Virus record (IMG/VR): IMGVR_UViG_2814123061_000003
Length of the DNA stretch: 64,000 bases
Source of the DNA: an uncultured virus (IMG/VR IMGVR_UViG_2814123061_000003)
Lineage: Duplodnaviria; Heunggongvirae; Uroviricota; Caudoviricetes
Direction: 5' to 3' (one strand)
Numbering within the stretch: position 1 is the stretch's first letter; the number at the start of each line of letters is the position of its first letter. Below the pieces are notes generated by a model. The model ran no database searches. It worked only from the letters and a program-made list of their open reading frames with translations, and was not told the origin of the DNA. Shown here one piece after another: positions 19,484-29,794 of this stretch. The translations under genes and the position numbers were made by a program.

Positions 19484-20392
19484 GTGTTAATTAACGTAAA
19501 AAATGTACGTCAGATTTTCATTAATCTGAAAGCGACCTTCCAGAACGCCTTTGATCAGGCTCCGTCCGACTGGCAGAAGATTGCCATGGTGGTGCCGTCG
19601 ACCGGGAAAGAAAACGACTACAGCTGGCTGAGCCGTTTCCCGAAAATGCGTGAGTGGATTGGCGACAAGGTGGTTAAAGCGCTCGCCGCGTTCAACTACA
19701 CCATCCGCAACAAAGACTGGGAAGCGACGGTAGAAGTTGAACGTAACGATATCGAAGACGATCAAATCATGGGCTATGCCCTGCAGGCGAAAGGTGCGGG
19801 CCAGTCCGCTGCAGAACTGCCTGCCGATATCGTCTTCGCTCTCCTGAGCAAAGGTTTCACCAATCTTTGCTACGACGGTCAGCCCTTCTTTGATACCGAC
19901 CACCTTTCGGGGGGCAAGTCGGTCTCTAACAAAGGCACGAAAAAGCTTGCCGTTACCTCGCTTGCCGCCGCAAAAGCAAGTTACGGGGCTGCACGAACGG
20001 CCATGCGCAGCCTGAAGGATGATGAAGGCGCGTCCCTGAAAATTCGCCCGACCATCCTGGTTGTGCCTCCGGCTCTTGAAGACGATGCCAACTATCTGAT
20101 GACGGCTGAACGCTTCCCTGACAATACGCCAAACCCATACAAGGGGACGGCTGAAGTTCTGGTTGTGCCGGAGCTGACGTCAGATACCGCCTGGTTCCTT
20201 CTGGACACGTCAAAACCCGTGAAGCCCCTGATTTATCAGGAGCGTAAAAAACCGGTCTTTGTCGAGCAGACCGACTACAACGCTGACAACGTCTTTATGC
20301 GCAAGAAGTTCATCTTCGGTGCTGAAGCCCGTGCAAATGGTGGCTACGGCTTCTGGCAGATGGCGTATGGCTCCACCGGGGAGGACGCATAA
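19484..20392 (+). CDS. Major head protein (Mu gpT-like)
   Basis: FPKMREWIG, RNDIEDD, YDGQPFFDTDH, GYGFWQMA. Confidence 0.95.
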   Translation: MLINVKNVRQIFINLKATFQNAFDQAPSDWQKIAMVVPSTGKENDYSWLSRFPKMREWIGDKVVKALAAFNYTIRNKDWEATVEVERNDIEDDQIMGYALQAKGAGQSAAELPADIVFALLSKGFTNLCYDGQPFFDTDHLSGGKSVSNKGTKKLAVTSLAAAKASYGAARTAMRSLKDDEGASLKIRPTILVVPPALEDDANYLMTAERFPDNTPNPYKGTAEVLVVPELTSDTAWFLLDTSKPVKPLIYQERKKPVFVEQTDYNADNVFMRKKFIFGAEARANGGYGFWQMAYGSTGEDA

Positions 20393-20799
20393 TGCCGATT
20401 CAAATCACTGCCCGCCGCGATGGCTTTCGCCGTCTCGGCATCGCCCACAGCGCGAATACTGTCACCTGGCCGGATGACCATTTCAGCGACAGCGAACTCC
20501 AGATTCTGGAAAACGATCCCAATCTGATTGTGGTTCGTTTGCAGGATGTGCCTGAAAACGCTGGCGACGGCGATGCTGTTTCGGCCCTGACCACCGAGCG
20601 TGACGGCCTCAAGGCACGCGTCAGCGAGCTGGAGGCGACGGTTCTGCAGCTCAACCAGGATGGCGACGCGCTTAAGCAGCAGCTTGCCAGTGCAAACGGC
20701 ACCATCACGGAGCTGGAGACAGTACGTGATGCACTGAGTCAGACGCTGGATGCGCTGCAGGCCGGTTCGGAAAACACGGACAAAAAGGCCAAGGGGTAA
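20392..20799 (+). CDS. HI1506/Mu gp35-like protein
   Basis: ITARRDGFRRLGIAH...DPNLIV plus coiled coil. Confidence 0.75.
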   Translation: MPIQITARRDGFRRLGIAHSANTVTWPDDHFSDSELQILENDPNLIVVRLQDVPENAGDGDAVSALTTERDGLKARVSELEATVLQLNQDGDALKQQLASANGTITELETVRDALSQTLDALQAGSENTDKKAKG

Positions 20800-20802
20800 G
20801 CC

Positions 20803-21231
20803 ATGTACGCGAACCGGGAGGACATGGTCAGGGCGTTTGGTGAGCGTGAGTGCGTGTCGCTCACCGACCGCAACTACACCGGGCAGATTGACGATGATGT
20901 GCTGAACGGCGCACTCGTTCAGGCCAGCGCTGAAATCGACGGATATCTCTGCGGTCGCTATCCGGTGCCCTGGGCTGATGAGCCCCGTGTTCTCGTTGGT
21001 CGCTGCTGCAACATCGCCCGCTATCTTCTGTGCGGCTCTGAGACCCAGATGACAGCGGAAATCCGCGAGCGGTATGAGGACACCGTTCGTTACCTGGAAA
21101 AAGTTGCATCCGGGCGAATCAATCTGGGCCGCACGACGACGGGTGAAGTGGTGAAAAGCGGAACCGGTGCGCGGATGGTGTCAGGTGGTCGCGTCTTCGG
21201 GCGTGACCAGACTGGCGGAGGAAGTTTCTGA
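20803..21231 (+). CDS. Mu gp36-like head-tail connector (DUF1320)
   Basis: ASAEIDGYLCGRY, CNIARYLL. Confidence 0.88.
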   Translation: MYANREDMVRAFGERECVSLTDRNYTGQIDDDVLNGALVQASAEIDGYLCGRYPVPWADEPRVLVGRCCNIARYLLCGSETQMTAEIRERYEDTVRYLEKVASGRINLGRTTTGEVVKSGTGARMVSGGRVFGRDQTGGGSF

Positions 21232-21890
21232 TGGTGATTACGGATATTGAAAAAGCCATCGTGGAGCGCCTTCGCAAAGGTATGGGGCGTATGGCGAAGA
21301 ACGTGCGCTCCTACGGCGGCGAGCTGGATGGCGAGCCTGCGGAGGTACTGCGCCAGCTGCCTGCCGTCTGGGTGACGTTCGGCGGGGTCCAAAAAACCGA
21401 GCCATACAGCACAGCTCGGCAACGGTTTGTCACCCACGGTCGCTTTGTCGTGGTAGTTGGCGAGCGCAGCCTGCGCAGTGAAGAAGCGGCCCGTATGGGT
21501 GGGCCGCACGTACAGGAGGTCGGTACGTACATTCTTGTTGCCGCCGTTCGTCGTCTGCTGTCGGGTCAGGATATGGCCGATACGGGTATCAAAATCGACC
21601 CGCTCAGCCCCGGTCGCGTGCGCACGCTCTTCAACACCCAGATAGAGTCTCAGGCATTTTCCGTTTTTGCCTGTGAGTTCGACACGAAATGGGTTGAGTC
21701 GGCGCTGGAAAACGGGCGCTACCCGCTTACTGATGCGCCTGAAGGCCATGTTGATCATATGTTCCAGATTTATGGCGGTGCCACCACCGACGATGACCCG
21801 GCGTGGCTGAGAACCCGACTCAGTTACGATCTTAAGCAGCCTGATAAAGACAATGCAGCAGAGGACATTATCAGTCATGAGCAAAATTAA
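21231..21890 (+). CDS. Mu gp37-like tail terminator (DUF1834)
   Basis: VRSYGGEL, LPAVWVTFGG; synteny. Confidence 0.85.
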   Translation: MVITDIEKAIVERLRKGMGRMAKNVRSYGGELDGEPAEVLRQLPAVWVTFGGVQKTEPYSTARQRFVTHGRFVVVVGERSLRSEEAARMGGPHVQEVGTYILVAAVRRLLSGQDMADTGIKIDPLSPGRVRTLFNTQIESQAFSVFACEFDTKWVESALENGRYPLTDAPEGHVDHMFQIYGGATTDDDPAWLRTRLSYDLKQPDKDNAAEDIISHEQN

Positions 21891-22098
21891 AGTAAAAGCC
21901 GCCAGTGGCTTAAGCGTGCCGCGAGAGGATAATGCGCGTCGCTACATCACCGATGCGGCCCCCCTTGAGGTGGAGAATACCGCTTATTACCAGCGTCAGG
22001 TAATGGCCGGTGATCTGATTGTTGTCACGGACAGTGACAAGAACACCAAAAACAAAAACAACGCAGTCAGCACGGAGGTGAACGGTGAGCAGTCCTAA
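21877..22098 (+). CDS. Mu gp38-like protein (DUF2635)
   Basis: VKAASGLSVPRE, AYYQRQVMAGDL. Confidence 0.8.
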   Translation: MSKIKVKAASGLSVPREDNARRYITDAAPLEVENTAYYQRQVMAGDLIVVTDSDKNTKNKNNAVSTEVNGEQS

Positions 22099-23503
22099 TA
22101 TCAGTTTTGACACTATCGGTACGAACCGCAAGCCGGGTCAGTATATTGAGTTCAACACCCGCCTGGCCGTTCATACCCTGCCGGGTAACACCCAGAAGGT
22201 GCTGATGATTGCGCCAATGCTGGCCTCCGGTTCGTCAGCACCGCTTGTCATTCAGTCTGTTTTCTCTGATGAAGAGGCTGCTACGTACTTTGGCCGTGGC
22301 TCACTGGCGCATCTGATGGCCACAGCGGCCATCGGTGCCTACCCCTATCTGCAACTGCAGATCGTCGGGGTCAGCGATGCGGCCACTGCAACAGCCGCGA
22401 CGGGCAAAGTCACCCTGACCGGCACAGCATCATCCAGCGGGAAGCTGAGCGTGACCATTAATGGCACCCGTATTGATGTCGGTATTTCGGCAGCAGATAC
22501 GGCGGATACCATTGCGGCAGCGTTAACGGAACTGATTACCCAGAAAGACGGGTTGCCAGTGACGGCGACGGCAAACGCGGGGGAAGTGACCCTGACCTGC
22601 CGCCATAAAGGGGCGGTTGGTAACGACATTATTGTCTCTTCCGCCGTGACTGCAGCGGGTATCACAGCAGCGGCGACCACTCTTGCAGGCGGCAATGTTG
22701 ATCCGGATATTACGCCAGCGCTGGCAGCGGCGTTCTCTGCAGGTCATAACATTATTGTTTGCCCGTTCTCCACCCAGGAGGCGATGACGGCACTGCGTAA
22801 CCATCTGACAAACGTCAGCAATGCGATGGAGCAGCGCGGTGCAATCGGCGTGGGTGGCTGGCGCAAGTCGCTTTCCACCGGCATTGCACTGGCAGCCTCA
22901 CTGAATGACGGGCGTATTACGCTGGGCTGGCATAGCGGTTCGGTAAAAACTCCGGCGCAGATTGCCGCTGCCTATGCCGCAGTTATCGCCAGTGAAGAAG
23001 ACCCGTCCCGCCCGCTGAACACCCTTGCGATGAGCACGCTGGATGTGACTGCAGTGGAAAGTCAGCCAGGGAGAACCGAGCAGGAGAACGCCCTGCGCAA
23101 TGGCCTTACCCCGTTTGAGATTGGCCCCGGTGACAAAGTTCAGATCGTTCGCGCGATCAGCACCTACACCAAAAACGCCCAGGGCGTGGATGATGTGGCC
23201 CTGCTGGATATCACCACCATCCGGACGCTGGACTATGTGCGCAAAGCCTGCCGTGAACGCATCGCTCTGCGATTCCCGCGCGACAAGCTCAGCTCAAGGA
23301 CACCGCCGAAGGTGCGCAGCGAACTGCTTGATGTGCTTTACAAGCTGGAGGAGCTGGAGATTGTCGAGGAGGTGGATGCCAACAAAGACGGTCTTATTGT
23401 TGAGCGCGATCTGCAGGATGTTAACCAGTTGAACGGTCGCATTCCTGCGGATGTTGTGAATGGCCTGCACGTCTTTGCCGGTCGAATTGATTTGCTGCTC
23501 TGA
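22085..23503 (+). CDS. Tail sheath protein
   Basis: RKPGQYIEFN, DPSRPLNTL, DVVNGLHVFA. Confidence 0.93.
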   Translation: MSSPNISFDTIGTNRKPGQYIEFNTRLAVHTLPGNTQKVLMIAPMLASGSSAPLVIQSVFSDEEAATYFGRGSLAHLMATAAIGAYPYLQLQIVGVSDAATATAATGKVTLTGTASSSGKLSVTINGTRIDVGISAADTADTIAAALTELITQKDGLPVTATANAGEVTLTCRHKGAVGNDIIVSSAVTAAGITAAATTLAGGNVDPDITPALAAAFSAGHNIIVCPFSTQEAMTALRNHLTNVSNAMEQRGAIGVGGWRKSLSTGIALAASLNDGRITLGWHSGSVKTPAQIAAAYAAVIASEEDPSRPLNTLAMSTLDVTAVESQPGRTEQENALRNGLTPFEIGPGDKVQIVRAISTYTKNAQGVDDVALLDITTIRTLDYVRKACRERIALRFPRDKLSSRTPPKVRSELLDVLYKLEELEIVEEVDANKDGLIVERDLQDVNQLNGRIPADVVNGLHVFAGRIDLLL

Positions 23504-23516
23504 GGGGTAAACCAGA

Positions 23517-23891
23517 ATGGCTCTTGAAGAATATGTTGGCGCGATCGTCATGGAAGTCGACGGCCAGGAAATTGAAGTGACTGACCTCAAGGAAGATGTG
23601 ACCACCGGGCGAAAGCTTGTGAAGACGATGAACAAAACGGGCCGCGCCAAAGGTTTCTCCCGTGGCATCGAAGAGATCCAGCTGACCGTTACTGTGGTCA
23701 TCCCGGAATCCGGCGACCTGGACTGGGGCGGTATTGAAGGTGCGAAAATCACCCAGTATCCACTCAACAGCAGCGGTAAACGTGTTTCTTACCTGGACTG
23801 CTTCAGCACTCAGGTCGGGGCTCAGTATACCGTCGATAACGAAGCGAAGCGCGATATCACCATGAATGCACTTCGTCGGGTGGAGGAATAA
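23517..23891 (+). CDS. Tail tube protein
   Basis: 124 aa, directly after sheath. Confidence 0.8.
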   Translation: MALEEYVGAIVMEVDGQEIEVTDLKEDVTTGRKLVKTMNKTGRAKGFSRGIEEIQLTVTVVIPESGDLDWGGIEGAKITQYPLNSSGKRVSYLDCFSTQVGAQYTVDNEAKRDITMNALRRVEE

Positions 23892-24284
23892 ATGGAAAAG
23901 CAGCAGCTTTTATATGGCGTTAAATACGGTGATAAAGTCCATTTTGACTTTGCCGTCAGGCTGCCTGTGGTGAGCGATACCATTGAAGCGCTGCGGGCAA
24001 CCGATGAAGCCTGCGGCACTACCGAGGGTGCCGCCGCAAACATGTATTACCGCGTTGCGGTAATGGCGTGTGCGATTACTTCCCTCGGAGACGTGCCAAA
24101 GGAAGAAATCACGGCGGAGCTGCTCCTTAACGAGCTGAATGATGATGATTTCGATCTCATCGATGCTCAGATTGAAGCCATTAAAAAAAAGCGGATGGAT
24201 TTGAACAAAAGCTCACCGGCTACCGAACCCTCGTCCTCGCCCTCGGGCGATACGGTATCAGTGAACAACAAATCGGAAGCATGA
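23892..24284 (+). CDS. Tail assembly chaperone (predicted -1 frameshift product ends at 24415)
   Basis: Between tube and tape measure; slippery A AAA AAG at 24185-24191 with open -1 frame. Confidence 0.8.
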   Translation: MEKQQLLYGVKYGDKVHFDFAVRLPVVSDTIEALRATDEACGTTEGAAANMYYRVAVMACAITSLGDVPKEEITAELLLNELNDDDFDLIDAQIEAIKKKRMDLNKSSPATEPSSSPSGDTVSVNNKSEA

Positions 24285-24418
24285 CCCGAACGGAACTCGA
24301 CGGCTACACCGAAGCACTTGCCCGGTTACATGGAAAGAAAACCGGGCAAACCACCACCCGCACAACCCGCACTGTCAAATCGCAACGCCGGAAGAAAGTC
24401 GGCAAACGGAGATAGTCC

Positions 24419-26587
24419 ATGGCGCGTAACTTACAACTGGCGCTGCAGCTGCTTGCCCGTGATACCGGCTCCAAAGTGCTTAAGCAGGCGCTGCAGGGCA
24501 TCAGCCGTGATACCAAAGCGGCGCAAAAGACCGATGACGAGCTGGCGAAATCCCGCCAGCAGAACTCAACCACAGCGATTCGCGCCTCCCGTTCTCTTCA
24601 GGACGAATACCGTCGCGCCAGTTCGGCGCGATCTACTCTTGGTATTCGTTCAGAGCGCGATATTCAGCGCGAAATACAGCAGACCATGGCGGCCTATAAC
24701 CGCCTTACCCGCACAGGTATGCTGTCCGCAAATGAGCAGAACCGGGCTTTCAGGGCCATGACTGACAGGGTCAAGACGCTTCGAACTGAGCTTGGCGGCG
24801 TGAATGACTCAATGACGCGTATGCAGCGATTCCGCGCTGCAGGTTCAAACGTTGCTGCAGTTGCTGGCGGGATTGCTGCTGCAGGGGCTGTATTATCGAC
24901 GCCAGTATCAAAACAGATGGACTATCGCCAGCGACTGGCAATGATGGCCAATACTGCTTATGCAGATGAAGGGCTGCAAGGTCGCAGAAAAGGAATGGCG
25001 GACATGGATTCTATGGTTCGCCAGGCTGTTCGTGCTGGCGGCGGAACAAAAGAATCAGCAGCTGATACCCTTGATACAATGCTGGCTTCAGGGGCTGTTG
25101 ATATGCAGTCTGCAAAGGTGATGCTACCTTTAATTCAAAAATATTCTACAGCCACTGGCGCAGCTCCAGAGGATTTGGCAAATATTGCCATAAAGTTAAA
25201 ACAATCGTTTGGCATAAAAGACGGTGACCTTGAGTCAGCTCTTAATATGGCAATTAGTGCCGGGCAAAGTGGTTCTTTTGAATTGAAAGATATGGCAAAG
25301 TGGCTTCCTAAGCAGCTTGCCAGTGCTGGCAACGTCGGTATGAAAGGCCTTGACGACTTTGCTGTCTTGCTTGGCTGGAACCAGGCTTCAGCTATTACAT
25401 CAGGTTCACCGGACGAGGCCGGTAATAATCTTAATAATTTATTGCTTAAGCTGAATAGTCAGGATGCTGCTAACGCTGCGGCACGTATTAAATTACCCAG
25501 TGGTAAAGGAATTGATCTCTCTGGAAGTCTTGCGAAAGGCGTAGGTAATGGTATAAATCCTCTCGAAGCCTTTAACACGATTGTTGATAAAATCGTGGCT
25601 TCAAATCCAGCATATAAAAAACTTGAAGATAAACTCAAAACAGCCCCGGAAAGTGAACGTAAAAATATAATTAGTTCGCAAGCAAGGATTATTGAAGGTT
25701 CTGGTATAGGTAAAATCATTGCTGACCAGCAGGCATTATTAGCTCTGTTAGGATATAGGGGGAATAAAAAATATACCCAAGACGTAATTTCAGGGGCGAA
25801 TTCACAACGTAATTTACCAGTTGGTAATACTGCCGGTAACATCAACTTTGCTTTAATGTCAGAGCAGCCAGGATATAAAACCGGGCAGTTAAAAAACGAA
25901 CAAGACTTTGCTGAAATGGATTCCATTGCCCCTTTATCTGATGCACTGGGTGACATTTCAGAAAAATTAACCAAATATGCTGGTGAGTATCCGGGGCTAA
26001 CCACTGCGATTGCAGGTGCCACCACTGGCATTAAAGCCATGACAGCGGCAGCGGTAGCTTTTGCAGGGCTCAATTTCCTGACGGGCGGCGGAATAAAAAT
26101 GCCGGGCTCTCCTGCAGGTGGGGTACCGTCCGCGGGTGGTTCTGCTCTGGGACGTACCTGGTCTGCTATCCGGGGTGGTGCAGGTAAAGTTCTGGGGCGC
26201 GTTGCTGCTCCGCTGGCACTCTACCAGGGCATGCAGGATGCGCCGCTCGTTCATGTTGAGCGAGGCGATGCTGATGCGCGTGCGCGGCTTAAAGTTGACA
26301 ACTATTCCAGTGAGTCAGCACGCATGCTGGATGCAGTAAAAGCCCGCCCCGGATTGCTGGATGCCGTGGATGAGGTCAAATCATGGTGGAGTTCTCCGGC
26401 CACAGTGGGGCAAAACACACCAGCAACAACAGGCGTGCCGTCTTATCTTTTGCCCCAACAGCAACAAAAATCACAACCCATTAACCTCACCACAAAGCTG
26501 GTACTGGACGGACGTGAAATTGCATCAGCTGTTAATGAATACAACGGCGAACAATCCGTTCGCGGCTCAACAGGAGGCCCGCAGTGA
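24419..26587 (+). CDS. Tape measure protein
   Basis: Long Ala-rich helical protein; GSFELKDMAKWLP motif; synteny. Confidence 0.9.
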   Translation: MARNLQLALQLLARDTGSKVLKQALQGISRDTKAAQKTDDELAKSRQQNSTTAIRASRSLQDEYRRASSARSTLGIRSERDIQREIQQTMAAYNRLTRTGMLSANEQNRAFRAMTDRVKTLRTELGGVNDSMTRMQRFRAAGSNVAAVAGGIAAAGAVLSTPVSKQMDYRQRLAMMANTAYADEGLQGRRKGMADMDSMVRQAVRAGGGTKESAADTLDTMLASGAVDMQSAKVMLPLIQKYSTATGAAPEDLANIAIKLKQSFGIKDGDLESALNMAISAGQSGSFELKDMAKWLPKQLASAGNVGMKGLDDFAVLLGWNQASAITSGSPDEAGNNLNNLLLKLNSQDAANAAARIKLPSGKGIDLSGSLAKGVGNGINPLEAFNTIVDKIVASNPAYKKLEDKLKTAPESERKNIISSQARIIEGSGIGKIIADQQALLALLGYRGNKKYTQDVISGANSQRNLPVGNTAGNINFALMSEQPGYKTGQLKNEQDFAEMDSIAPLSDALGDISEKLTKYAGEYPGLTTAIAGATTGIKAMTAAAVAFAGLNFLTGGGIKMPGSPAGGVPSAGGSALGRTWSAIRGGAGKVLGRVAAPLALYQGMQDAPLVHVERGDADARARLKVDNYSSESARMLDAVKARPGLLDAVDEVKSWWSSPATVGQNTPATTGVPSYLLPQQQQKSQPINLTTKLVLDGREIASAVNEYNGEQSVRGSTGGPQ

Positions 26588-27915
26588 GCTGGGAAGATTC
26601 ATTACAGGATGCCTCATTCAGGGGCGTCCGCTTCGATGTGGTTAATACCCGTGACAGCGCCAGCCGCGACATTGCGACGTATGAGTATCCCTATGTGGAC
26701 GGCGGCGATGTTGATGACCTTGGCCGCAAGCCTCGTAACCTGCGAATGACGGTCCTTTTCTGGGGCGACGATTACGATGTGCGACTGCAGGCGTTTCTGG
26801 CGGCGCTGGATACACGCGGCAGCGCGGAGTTAATCCACCCGGTTTTCGGCTCCATGACGGGCATGCAGTGCATTGAGTATCAGGCATCGCATGAAGCGGA
26901 GAACGTTGATTACTGCGTTGTCGAGGTGGTCTTTATCCAGGGGGGACTTAATCTGCCTTTCTTTGGCAGCGACTTCCCGCTGTCGAAAGCCGATATCATT
27001 TTCAACCAGGCGCAATCCGCTCTGGAGAAAGCCCAGACGGCCATCGACAATATTCTCTCGCCTCTGCGTACAGCGAAAAAGTGGATGAAGAAAGCGAAAT
27101 CGCTGGCAACCACGACGCTGAATATGGTGACCGTACTTAAGGGGGAACTGACAGGATTTGTCAGTACCACCTCGGATTTTGTTAATTATCCGAAAGCGTT
27201 CATGAATGACCTGCAGAGTGCACTGAGCCTGACATCGCTTCAGTCCAAATCAAGTGTCAGTAATAACCCAGGAAGCTATTCACAGTCCTCAGACGTTTCC
27301 GGTACAGCGGGCATAGTGATGGCCGACTGGAAGAATGGCCGTAACAATCTGCAGGATGTGGCCGCATTACCTCAGCAGATAGTGACAGGGCAAAAGACTG
27401 TTGCTGTCACCGTTCCGGCGGGATCATCAACGTCTGATATCACTGAGCTGGTAACGGCGGTAAAAATCCAGGTTGCAATCCAGCTGGCGCTTGATGCTTC
27501 CGACATACTCAGTGACAGCAGCATCAGCGATATTCTGTCTCCTGTCGATATTGAGCAGATCACCAACGACACCAGGACGGCCATTCAGACGGCAATCGAC
27601 CAGACGCGGGACACCTTTGCTGCCGATACGCAAAACGTGAGCGCCGGTGAAACACCGGGTGGCGTGACATGGCAACCCGTGGTTGAAAACCTCAAGGATA
27701 TTGCCCTGACCGTTCAGGAACTGGGCGCAGCGGTTATTACCAGCAGACCGCCACTGACGACGCGAGTGATATTGTCCGACACCAACCTGCATTTACTGGC
27801 CCACTTGTGGTACGAGGACTACACCCGCGCCGCCGAGCTGCTGCGCCTTAATCCGACATTACGTAATCCTAACAATATCAAAGCCGGTGACGTTCTGAAT
27901 GCCTACTCAAGATAA
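26584..27915 (+). CDS. DNA circularisation protein (Mu gpN-like)
   Basis: LQDASFRGVRF, YEYPYVDG, LIHPVFG. Confidence 0.92.
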   Translation: MSWEDSLQDASFRGVRFDVVNTRDSASRDIATYEYPYVDGGDVDDLGRKPRNLRMTVLFWGDDYDVRLQAFLAALDTRGSAELIHPVFGSMTGMQCIEYQASHEAENVDYCVVEVVFIQGGLNLPFFGSDFPLSKADIIFNQAQSALEKAQTAIDNILSPLRTAKKWMKKAKSLATTTLNMVTVLKGELTGFVSTTSDFVNYPKAFMNDLQSALSLTSLQSKSSVSNNPGSYSQSSDVSGTAGIVMADWKNGRNNLQDVAALPQQIVTGQKTVAVTVPAGSSTSDITELVTAVKIQVAIQLALDASDILSDSSISDILSPVDIEQITNDTRTAIQTAIDQTRDTFAADTQNVSAGETPGGVTWQPVVENLKDIALTVQELGAAVITSRPPLTTRVILSDTNLHLLAHLWYEDYTRAAELLRLNPTLRNPNNIKAGDVLNAYSR

Positions 27916-29116
27916 AGATTCGCAGAATACGGTGAGCCTGATTATTGATGGCAAAATCCACAGTGCATGGAGCCGGTATCAGATTGACTCCGATTTTCTG
28001 ATCCCCTCCGATGCTTGGAGTGTAACGCTTGGTCTGCCAGACGGTATTTTCCCTGCGGCCATTAAACGAGGTGTGCCGGTACTGGTCAGGGTGGGTAATG
28101 ATGTGGTGATGTCCGGTCGGGTGGATGTGGTTCAGCGCCGCGTATCCCGTCAGCAGGTCTCTTTATCGCTTTCCGGTCGCGATGGCGCTGCCGTGCTTGT
28201 TGACTGTGCTTCACCCGTTTTTACCTCCCGTCAGCTCAGTCTTGAAGAAGTGATCGCCCAGGTCGTCAGGCCGCTGGGGGTGACGAACATCCGCATTGAG
28301 GCTGAGACATCCCTGCGTAATGACAAGGTCAGCGTTGAGCCCGGAGAACGTGCGTGGGATACGCTTGAGCGTGCAGCTGCTGCACGCGGGTTATGGCCAT
28401 GGTTTGAGCCAGATGGCACGCTGGTTATTGGTGGGCCGGACTACACAAAAGACCCGGTGGCCACGCTGATTCTTAATCGTGACGGTCGGGGAAACAACGT
28501 CCTCGATCTCAGTGACCGGTCATCCATTACCGGGGCGTTCTCTGAACTGACAATGCTGGCACAGGGACACGGCCAGGGGAAAAAATCCGGGAAGCTCGAT
28601 GTTATTGACGTTGATGACCAGAGCGCTGACGCAGAAGACGACGATGATGCCGATGATATTTATGACAGCACCGGCTCTGCAGAGAATGGCTTTCATGGCT
28701 TACGTAGTACCGTTCGCGACAGTACCGTACCTTTCTATCGTCCGCAGATTATGGTTGCAGGTGATGCTGATAACCAGGCGCAGGTTGATTATCGCGCAAG
28801 AAAGGCCATGGCTGACGCCCGTCTGAGCGGGTTTGATCTGACAGCTATTGTTAAAGGCCATCGCATGGAGAACGGTCAGTTATGGCAACCGGGCCAGCGT
28901 ATACGTGTCCGAAGCGAGCCACATGGCATTGATGACATTTACTTCATCATGGGAAGAGAGTTTTCCGGTGGACGGCCAGACAACACCATTACCACCCTGC
29001 GTCTCAAAGAGGATGGAATATGGATACCGGATGCTTATCCGAAAAAACGGAAATCACGTAAACGCCGCGCCAAAGTAAATAAAGAGCTGGAGATTATCGA
29101 TGTGGAACAAAATTGA
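27899..29116 (+). CDS. Baseplate hub (Mu gpP/gp44-like)
   Basis: LSGRDGAAVLVDC, VEPGERAW, LWQPGQR. Confidence 0.9.
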   Translation: MPTQDKDSQNTVSLIIDGKIHSAWSRYQIDSDFLIPSDAWSVTLGLPDGIFPAAIKRGVPVLVRVGNDVVMSGRVDVVQRRVSRQQVSLSLSGRDGAAVLVDCASPVFTSRQLSLEEVIAQVVRPLGVTNIRIEAETSLRNDKVSVEPGERAWDTLERAAAARGLWPWFEPDGTLVIGGPDYTKDPVATLILNRDGRGNNVLDLSDRSSITGAFSELTMLAQGHGQGKKSGKLDVIDVDDQSADAEDDDDADDIYDSTGSAENGFHGLRSTVRDSTVPFYRPQIMVAGDADNQAQVDYRARKAMADARLSGFDLTAIVKGHRMENGQLWQPGQRIRVRSEPHGIDDIYFIMGREFSGGRPDNTITTLRLKEDGIWIPDAYPKKRKSRKRRAKVNKELEIIDVEQN

Positions 29117-29705
29117 TTCTCGTATTAACACGGCGTTAAACCGTATAAGACAGGCCTTCAGGGGCGTTTTAATAAGGGTTAACAGCGGCGGTGATATTCA
29201 GACCATTCAGGGTAAAGGTCTGGCTACGGAGTCCCTGCAGGATGTGGAGATGTTCCAGCAATACGGTTTTACATCCAACCCGCCCAGGGGCACTAAAGCC
29301 ATTATGCTCCCGCTGAACGGGCGCACCAGTCATAGCGTGGTGATTGCCACGGAACACGCTTCATACAGGCTAAAGAGCCTGAAAAGTGGTGAGCTTGCCA
29401 TTTATTCGGATGAAGGCAGCAACATTATCCTGAAGCGCGGAAAAATTATTGAAGTGAACTGTGATGAATATATTGTTAATACTAAAAAACATACCGTGAA
29501 TACCGAAGAGCATATTGTTAATACCAGAACGTATAAAACGACAGCCTCAGAGCGGGCGGATTTTGATACGCCACTGCTGAAAGGCAGTAATGAAGTTGCT
29601 GACGGTAAATCTACGCTGAACACCATGCGCGAGACTTATGACGGTCACGACCACAACCACGGCGGCGATGCAGGCATAACGCAGAAACCTAATCAGTCAA
29701 TGTAA
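29100..29705 (+). CDS. Baseplate spike (Mu gp45/gpV-like)
   Basis: FQQYGFTSNPP, GELAIYS, C-terminal HxHxH. Confidence 0.9.
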   Translation: MWNKIDSRINTALNRIRQAFRGVLIRVNSGGDIQTIQGKGLATESLQDVEMFQQYGFTSNPPRGTKAIMLPLNGRTSHSVVIATEHASYRLKSLKSGELAIYSDEGSNIILKRGKIIEVNCDEYIVNTKKHTVNTEEHIVNTRTYKTTASERADFDTPLLKGSNEVADGKSTLNTMRETYDGHDHNHGGDAGITQKPNQSM

Positions 29706-29741
29706 TTTGTGGTAACGTAAGTTCACCTTCAAAAGCAATAC

Positions 29742-29794
29742 CCACTGAACCCCTTCACCGATAATTTCAATTTCCATGCCGATAGTATTACGGC
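29742..29794 (+). promoter_or_regulatory. Late promoter 3 (baseplate/fibre operon)
   Basis: CCACTGAACCCCTTCACCGA; TAGTAT at 29783-29788. Confidence 0.75.
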
